From the NCBI GenBank assembly GCA_964016885.1, contig OZ024743.1:111600001-111664000 (forward strand): a DNA stretch of 64,000 nt, read 5' to 3'. Shown in pieces: positions 56,531-64,000 of this stretch; positions within the stretch are counted from its first letter, which is position 1, and the number at the start of each line of letters is the position of its first letter. The position numbers and the translations under genes were made by a program. The DNA comes from Eledone cirrhosa (taxonomy: Eukaryota). The notes under the pieces are model-generated. The model did not search any database. It was given only the letters and a program-made list of their open reading frames with translations, and was not told where the DNA came from.

Positions 56531-58199
56531 TTATTTGTGTATTTGTGGCATTTGATTTGTTATTACTCTTTATACCCTACGACATCTTTTCGTTTCATCA
56601 TTTCAATTGGGCGATAAAATACGGTATATGTCCATAACAAGGATGGATATAACCGATTTTCCTTTCCTTCAAAGTACTGGCAGAATACTTTTGTTATTAT
56701 ATCACCCCTAAAGCGCAGTCCATGCCTCGCATTTGGGGAACAGGTCCTAGTTAACATACATACTGTGTTGTGTTGTGTTTCCATCATTAATCTGTTTGTT
56801 TTCAATTTCTGTTAATGTTATACCTGTTTATAATCACTTAATTAAAACGTCAATCTCATGTGTTTTGCCCGTGTATTGTACCCTAGTGGTCAATAAATGA
56901 TTCACTCATTGTTTCAGTTTCAATAAACAAGTACTATTTAGAAGCTAGTTTCTAATACAACATCCCCCTGAGTGCGAGGTCTCTTATCAATGTTAAAGAT
57001 CATTTTTACTAACATTGCCCATAAACGAAATATTTTGTCTTTGGAATTGCTTCAACCATAATTCTATAATATTATTGAATTCCTTCGAGACCTTCATTTA
57101 ATAGTAGTCAGTCCCCATCGAGAATAAAAAAAATGATTTATTTTACGTTGATATTTTGTCTTTTTTTTTCTGTCAAATATGAAGACATTAGCAAGGAAGA
57201 GATGTCAGCTGTCAAAAGCTGATATTTTATATGTACAATAAAGCTCTTAATGTACATATACATTAACAGCTTTTCACTTATATAACGTGTACGCATTTTT
57301 TTCAACACGTTGCAAAATACTTTTGTATTATCAAATTTACACTAACAGAGCATAATCGTTGGCTGCGGCAGAATATATGTTGAGTTTGCAAAACGAAAGT
57401 CAGATATCTGGTTACGATAAATTCACATACATCTGCATATAGATGATGTTAAATGGGAGGATATATGAACATTTATAGAAGGACTTAATTAATGAGATGC
57501 AGCAGCTGCTAAATGATCCGACTGGTGTTTCTTTAGCCAGTCTGTAATGCTATACTTACACATAAAAAACTTAGAAGACACTAAAACCTTGCTGTGTCAG
57601 ACTAGAAGCTTTGGCTCCTGAGTCAACACATTACGAGTAATAAGCGCAGAAGACAGGGTATTGCATGGTAGAGATGGTATGCTGTTAGTAATCCCTAGAA
57701 GGAGACAGCGTGTCTGTGTAACAGACTTTGTTATTTGTAGATATAAGATTTTATATCTCTTTCAGCAAATGGTGGTTTTGAACCTTGTTATATATATTTA
57801 TAAAAATAAAAATATAGGTTCCTAGAACTATATGATTCGAAAACTATAAAGATTACAAAAGATCTATAAAAATTGTATAGTTTAACATAAATGAATTTTA
57901 TGTTAAACTATACTACCCGTGACCCGCTTGGTCATGTTCACTTCAAAATAATGTTTAAATAATTAAAATATACATGTATATAACGTGAAATGAAACTGGA
58001 AGGCCCATATATATACGTGTGCGTATGTATATATATAAATGTGTGTGCGTGTGTGTATATATATATATATATGTGTGTATATGTGTGTATATGTGTGGGT
58101 GTATATATGCGTGTGTATATATATGTGTGTGTGTCCGCGATCTATATACACTGGTCATAGACACACATTCATATACACACATATATATATATATATATA

Positions 58200-59293
58200 T
58201 ACAATAAGACCACCACCCTCTCTCTCTCGCTCTCTTACTCTCTCTCCCTCGTTCTTTCATTATCCTTCTGTCTCGACTCCCTCTCTCTATGTCTCTCTTT
58301 CAATCTACTCTCACACAACCACTATCTCTTTCTTTTTATCTTTCTCACTCTCTGTTCATGAAGGTACCCGGAAAAATCTCGGGAATCCGTCCTCCGATTT
58401 ACACGAAACTTGTTTTATATTCCATTTGTATTCTCATTTCAGGGTCAAATTTGTTTCAAAGTAGTTTCCCATTATGCGCCCTTTTGGCTGGCTGTACATT
58501 ACAGACAAGCAAGCAAGCATGCAAGCAATCTCAGTGTTTTAATAATATATAGATATATTACGAAAAAATTAAGAGAAAATGAATTGGGAAGAAAAATAAA
58601 TATCAAAAGTGTTTCAAATGTTATTAATTTATTCTTAGTGTGAAATATTTTTTAAAGTAAAGAATAGGAAATAGAATTATTAAGGGTTAATCATATATGC
58701 ATTTATATTGATGACAATAATTTACTGCAGTGCAAATAGGACCGAGGTGATATTCCAGCTCAACTCCGCAAAATCCGAAGAAAATAGGTTACTATTGACC
58801 GAGTATATTCAAATAATCAAGCGGGCGAGGAGGGATTAATAAATAAATTAATAAATAAGTTCCAAGCAGTCAAGGTATAGAATCAGTTTGTTCCACCTGT
58901 ACGTTATTCAAATGACCAGACGTAGTAAATCAATGACTTAACGAGGACCATATCTATTAAAAGTCTGTGATTGCATGCTTGATTGCTTGCTTACTTGCCT
59001 GTAATGTAATACAGCCGAAAGGGCTCATAATAGAAAATACTTTGAAAGGAAGTTAACCCTGATATGGGAATACAAATGGAATAAAATAACTTTCGCGTAA
59101 ATCGGAGCACTGGGTCCCGAGTTATGGGGTTTTCTGAGTACCTTCATAAATGGAGAGAGCAGGATAGAGAGAGAGAGATAGTAGCTGTGAGAGAGTAGAT
59201 TGAGAGAGAAACATAAAGGGGGAGACAGCAGGAGACAGAGAATAAAAATGAAAGAGAAAGAGAGAGAGAGAGAGGGGGGGGGTTGATCTGGTA
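58200..59293. mobile_element. Long-TIR fold-back/MITE (~330-bp arms, ~430-bp spacer)
   Basis: 58200-58534 is the diverged reverse complement of about 58965-59293 (for example tgaaggtac/gtaccttca and attccatttgtattc/gaatacaaatggaat). Confidence 0.75.
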
Positions 59294-59420
59294 TCGTTGG
59301 ATGAAATTACAACTGGCGACTTCATTACTGTATCCTGCTCAATAGAAAGGGTTTCTAAGTGTGTGTGTGTATGAATATACACATGTAAATACACCCATAC
59401 ATACATATATATATATACAC

Positions 59421-59489
<69 letters not shown>

Positions 59490-59497
59490 TACATATA

Positions 59498-59601
59498 TGT
59501 GTGTGTCTCAGACCCGTACAGCAGCACAGACTCCACTACAACAACGAAGAGACGGATCTTCAGGTCTTTACGAAGGTCTGACTTCCACACAGATCTCAAA
59601 C

Positions 59602-59604
<3 letters not shown>
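59498..59604 (-). mobile_element. ~105-bp RTE-type LINE sliver in (TA)n
   Basis: [32 protein letters not shown], the typical post-RT LLYGSETW motif. Confidence 0.75.
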
Positions 59605-59648
<44 letters not shown>

Positions 59649-61154
59649 CTAAGTTGATGAAACGCAGAGCCATATTCTTATCTCACTCAAAAGCGCGGTA
59701 GAATGAGAATTCTAGAGGTAGCTATTTACATATAGATATATTTATGTAGAGAATGTTGGAGTATAGCTGAAGGCATAAATTAAATTGAAATTAAATTGAA
59801 ATTGAAATTAAATTAAACTTGTAGCTAATGTTGATTAGAGTGGTCATTAGATATTACGTTGCGTATGGGGTGTATTATGGTATGTAGTGTATAAAGGATG
59901 TAAGATATTAAAATATTAAAATGCAAGAACAAGAACATATTAAAACAATAACGCTAATTTTAATCCTAATTTCAAAGGATCTGGGAAGTAAAATTTTGGA
60001 TGGTTAATGGTTGATGAAACTATTTCGTACACATATGTGTTTATATTGGGGACAAGAATGTGGTGCGGTGCAACAAAGACCGACGTGACAGTCCTCCACA
60101 TCTCGGCAATATCTAAGTAAAATAGGTTACTCTTGACCGAGTATATTCAAATAATTAATTTAAAGCACTCAAATTATAGAACCCACGATTGTATAACCTA
60201 TCCATTATGGTCAGCCAATATTTACCGAACACACAATGCTCACTATACCGATGAGGATGATATGAGGATAAGTAGGTAACAGATTTACCTATTCATTCTT
60301 ATTTTCTTCTCCATGCAGCTGTGAATTTAATGTTAGATTTAACTAATTATATATCGTTGTAGTTAGGTAGAACATGTAGCTGCATAATTGAAGGTAGAAC
60401 TGAAGTCAGAATTAAATTAAATTTAACCGCTAGCTATTATTTAACAGAGAGGTCGTTAAATAATATATTACTTATGGGATATACTAATGTGTGTAATACA
60501 ATATATCATGTAATATCATGTAGTTAATGTAATTAGATTAAATGCTATAAGAGTATAAAAATAAGGAAATAGATAACAAAGTAACAATAAAAAGAACGAA
60601 AAAAATATTTCAGAAAATAAGATGTAGTTGTAGTAATAGTATAACTGAACTATAACGAAGGTTAAGCGGTCAATAAATTATAGGGGTGGATAATCAAATA
60701 TCTAGATTTAGCCTGGAAGTAAGATAGCTAGCGAAAAACCATTAGTGATAGATAATTGATATAAAGAGGTAATATAAAGTTAAAGAAAGTGAGTCATTAC
60801 CTCTTGCTTTGGATACCATGCTGAGACATGTGGTGTCAAAATGTTATATGAAATATAGCATACACATTAAACAATAGAGTAAGTTTTACTCCAGCTCGGA
60901 GAGAAAATAATATAGAATCAGAACCAAATATAATAGAATAGAATCGAAAGGAATGTAAGACACAGATGTCTCAATCAAGAATAAATACTTGATAAAAACT
61001 AAACTGGAAATTCGATAAAAAATATTTATAATCTACAATCAAGAGAGTCTATTAAATGTCTTGCTGGTCCTTGTGGAAGCATTTAGCAGTGTGTGATCGG
61101 GTGCAAAGTTTGATGAAAATTCAGTTATAGCAGGTCGCCCAGATTGTTCCTCAA

Positions 61155-61340
61155 ATAATTGTTTCTATTTGTGGCACAAGGCCAGCAATTACTCAGTATA
61201 TTACTTATACTTTAGTTTATCGACCCCGTAAGGATGAAAGGCAAAGTTAACCTCGGCGGGATTTGAACTCAGATCATAAAGGGACGTAACTCTATGCTTC
61301 AAAGCATGGTGTCCGACTCTCTACCTATACTGCCAATCCT
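61155..61340 (-). mobile_element. tRNA-derived SINE with TSD-like cctcaaataat
   Basis: Full consensus match. cctcaaataat occurs on both flanks (about 61149 and 61338). Confidence 0.9.
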
Positions 61341-62597
61341 CAAATAATGGGGTCAGGGCCTTGGTTCTTCATTACCTCAAAACGTACTCTACTCTAACAG
61401 GTGCTGTATTCAATTTATATTACGTTGTTGATCAATAGGTGGAACTGGTGGTTCAGGTTAGTAAACGGTGATGCTATAAATTAAAGCACTTGACCTTCTG
61501 CAGATTTTCCATCGGAGATATGGCATCCAGTGGTTGGTGCAGGAACGGAGTGAAATATTCATTATAAACAAAAACGGAAGACCGGACTGGAATCTTAATC
61601 ATTTTAATTCCACGAAAACACTTTACATATTTCAATGACACAGCTTCATCATCCTAATATGATACAGTACCCAGCCAATTTAATTCAGGTGTTAATTACG
61701 GAATTATTTACTTAAGAGAACAGGATTTTGGCGATCACAAACGGAGAATAGAAAATAGAGGACTGATTTTGTTTCGGGATGGCTCTATGATTTCGTGTTA
61801 TTGTAACGACAGGTCATCTCGTATGTCACCCAGGACAAGCAATATGGACTAGTAGGCGTCGCGGAGGGGCTAGGGGGTTGCTAGATGGTGGCAGAACTTC
61901 TACTGTTCTTCAAATTCACGGCTCCCACAACGACAATGTTCACATCTATGTGAGAGTAGACCAGAGCAGAAAGCCAGCGTAGCATAACGGTTAAGACATA
62001 AAATATTAAATTGCCCCCCACTCTGCCTCTATATATAATTATATGGGTGTGTGTATTGATTCGTATATGCTCCCCCCCCCCCTCTGCTGAAACCTATATT
62101 TTCTCTCTTCCCTTGCTGTTATCCTCTCTCTCTCTCTCCCCCTTCTCTCTCTCCTTCTCCCTCTTACTTTTGCTCAACCCCTCTGCTAATCACCCGCTCT
62201 CGGCTAGCCTCTTCCTCGCACTTTCACTCACTCACTCTCTGCTACTCACCCTCTCTCTCACTTCCTCCATCGCCCAACACCGTACGCGGTCTTTCCTCTC
62301 GCTCACACCCGCACGGTCAAACGTAGTCTTTTTTTCCTCGTCAAAATTCGGCCGTTGTTATGTTCAAAATGAATTATTGACTTGATTTTTTTCTTTTTTT
62401 CCTCTCTTTACGTTGCCTCACCCATCATGTCTGTTTATATGTCGTTCTCTTTCTCCATCCACTTCTTTATATTCCAATAACTTACTTCAGATATTGTTTC
62501 GCCCTAGGCTGGGGTATCTTGTCTGTAACGCGAAGTAACGCCTATGACGCCTAGTAGACAGCTGATGATAGATACTCTTAACTTCTAATTTCTATCT

Positions 62598-62637
<40 letters not shown>

Positions 62638-62639
62638 TC

Positions 62640-62832
62640 ACATAATGATTGTAAAGAGTTGGGGCGCCTAATGGCAGAGCTCTTGTCCTCTTGTCGTTCC
62701 GACAGTTGCTTCTTGTCTGGATCTAACTGTCGAAATGGCAAGAGCTCAGTCGTCGCCCCCGACACTTTCTAATATAGTATCAAGTACTCTGTTGAATAAT
62801 GGTCTCACTAGTTTGACACTGGTTTAATCGTG
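62640..62832 (+). mobile_element. Hairpin-plus-tail element, diverged relative of 28645-28842
   Basis: ggggcg..gagctcttg..cgacagtt / aactgtcgaaatggcaagagctc..cgcccc, with tail tatagtatcaagtactctg..atggtctcactagtt. Confidence 0.65.
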
Positions 62833-63639
62833 ATATATGTGTGTATATGTGTATATGTGTATGTGTGTGTACGTAATGAGAGTGCGTGCGTGTGTATTAG
62901 TATGCGTCTGTCTGCATATGTGCATATTATGATATCATTATACCACATTTTAGGTTTTACACATGTATTGAGTTCATTATTTAGTCAATGTTCCTTGTAT
63001 TTATGCAGATAACCATACTTAATTTTAATTATATACATAGAGTGAAAGAAAGAGTGGGAGAGAGATTGAGAGAAAGAGAGTAAATAAATGTGTTTCTTTT
63101 AACGTTTTACTCTCACTTCTTATAAATATATTTTGTTTTACATAATACAAAATGTTTGATCGTTTGATGTTTGCAAAGCCGAAACATTTTATTATAGAAA
63201 TTCTAGAATATATGTGTATATTTTATTAATGCTACAAAAAAATTACACCAACAAAAAAGAAACAAACAAGCTTTGGAAGAAAAATGTATTTCATTTCATA
63301 TCTTAATGCTATATATGAAAGGATAGGAAAATATAAGCAGTTAAAATATTTCACTTACTTATTGGAACTCAATGTTGTCTAATGAAATAGCTTGAAAACA
63401 TGATGGACAGCAATGTACTTTTTTCCCCTTCTCGTTCTTTTTACATTCACCATTAAAAATTTCAGTTATTTAATTTTAATCTAAGGTTAGAGTTTTCATT
63501 TTATTTCATGTTGTTTGTTTAGGTTTCTTACATAAGTATGTACATATGTACACAAACACAAACACATACGCCAGCCCACACAAACACCCATATATATGAT
63601 ACATACATGTATGTATATTTAGATTCATATTTACATAAT

Positions 63640-63717
63640 ATATATATATAAACTCACATACACACACGCATATATATAATGTATATATATATATATATAT
63701 ATATATAGATAGAGAGA

Positions 63718-63795
<78 letters not shown>

Positions 63796-63880
63796 TTTAT
63801 GCTATAGGCATATGTATATGTACATGAATGTATACATATATATGTATATATACATATATGTATATATATGTGTGTGTTTG
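63640..63880. repeat. (TA)n/(GA)n compound microsatellite
   Basis: Direct reading. Confidence 0.95.
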
Positions 63881-64000
63881 TGTGTATGAATGGCGTGCTG
63901 TGTGTCTAATATGCTATTTGTCTAATACGCATACACATGACGTAGTATGACTAAATATCATTGACTATAGAGCAAAGCATTTACTCGTAAGTTCTGCAAA

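Noticed and set aside
57300-62010. Candidate host exons (GC-richer patches at about 57.5, 60.8, 61.5 and 61.9 kb; also 37.45 kb)
   Set aside because: No consistent splice-flanked open frame or recognisable protein. Small exons cannot be excluded without transcript data.

Overview
AT-rich, microsatellite-saturated eukaryotic non-coding DNA (intergenic or intronic). The repeat content suggests an animal, probably an octopus, but that is inference. No host gene could be supported. The window holds a near full-length but inactivated Tx1/L1-clade LINE (about 14.1-19.9 kb) plus three partial relatives, R4/Dong-type LINE fragments, decayed RTE-type fragments, and two Penelope-like (GIY-YIG) remnants. 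It also holds a 2.5-kb non-autonomous Helitron and about 20 copies of a tRNA-derived SINE, some in serial arrays. Three things stand out and are absent from the ORF track. (1) Hammerhead-ribozyme motifs sit in small, often fold-back elements embedded in (TA)n; the one at 5249-5316 looks intact. (2) The Helitron carries an open, spliced two-exon 107-aa mini-ORF with STPR-like 23-aa repeats. (3) SINE copies appear to have inserted repeatedly into the same duplicated target site. Most short ORFs in the track are microsatellite or antisense artefacts. All alignments and folds were done by eye.
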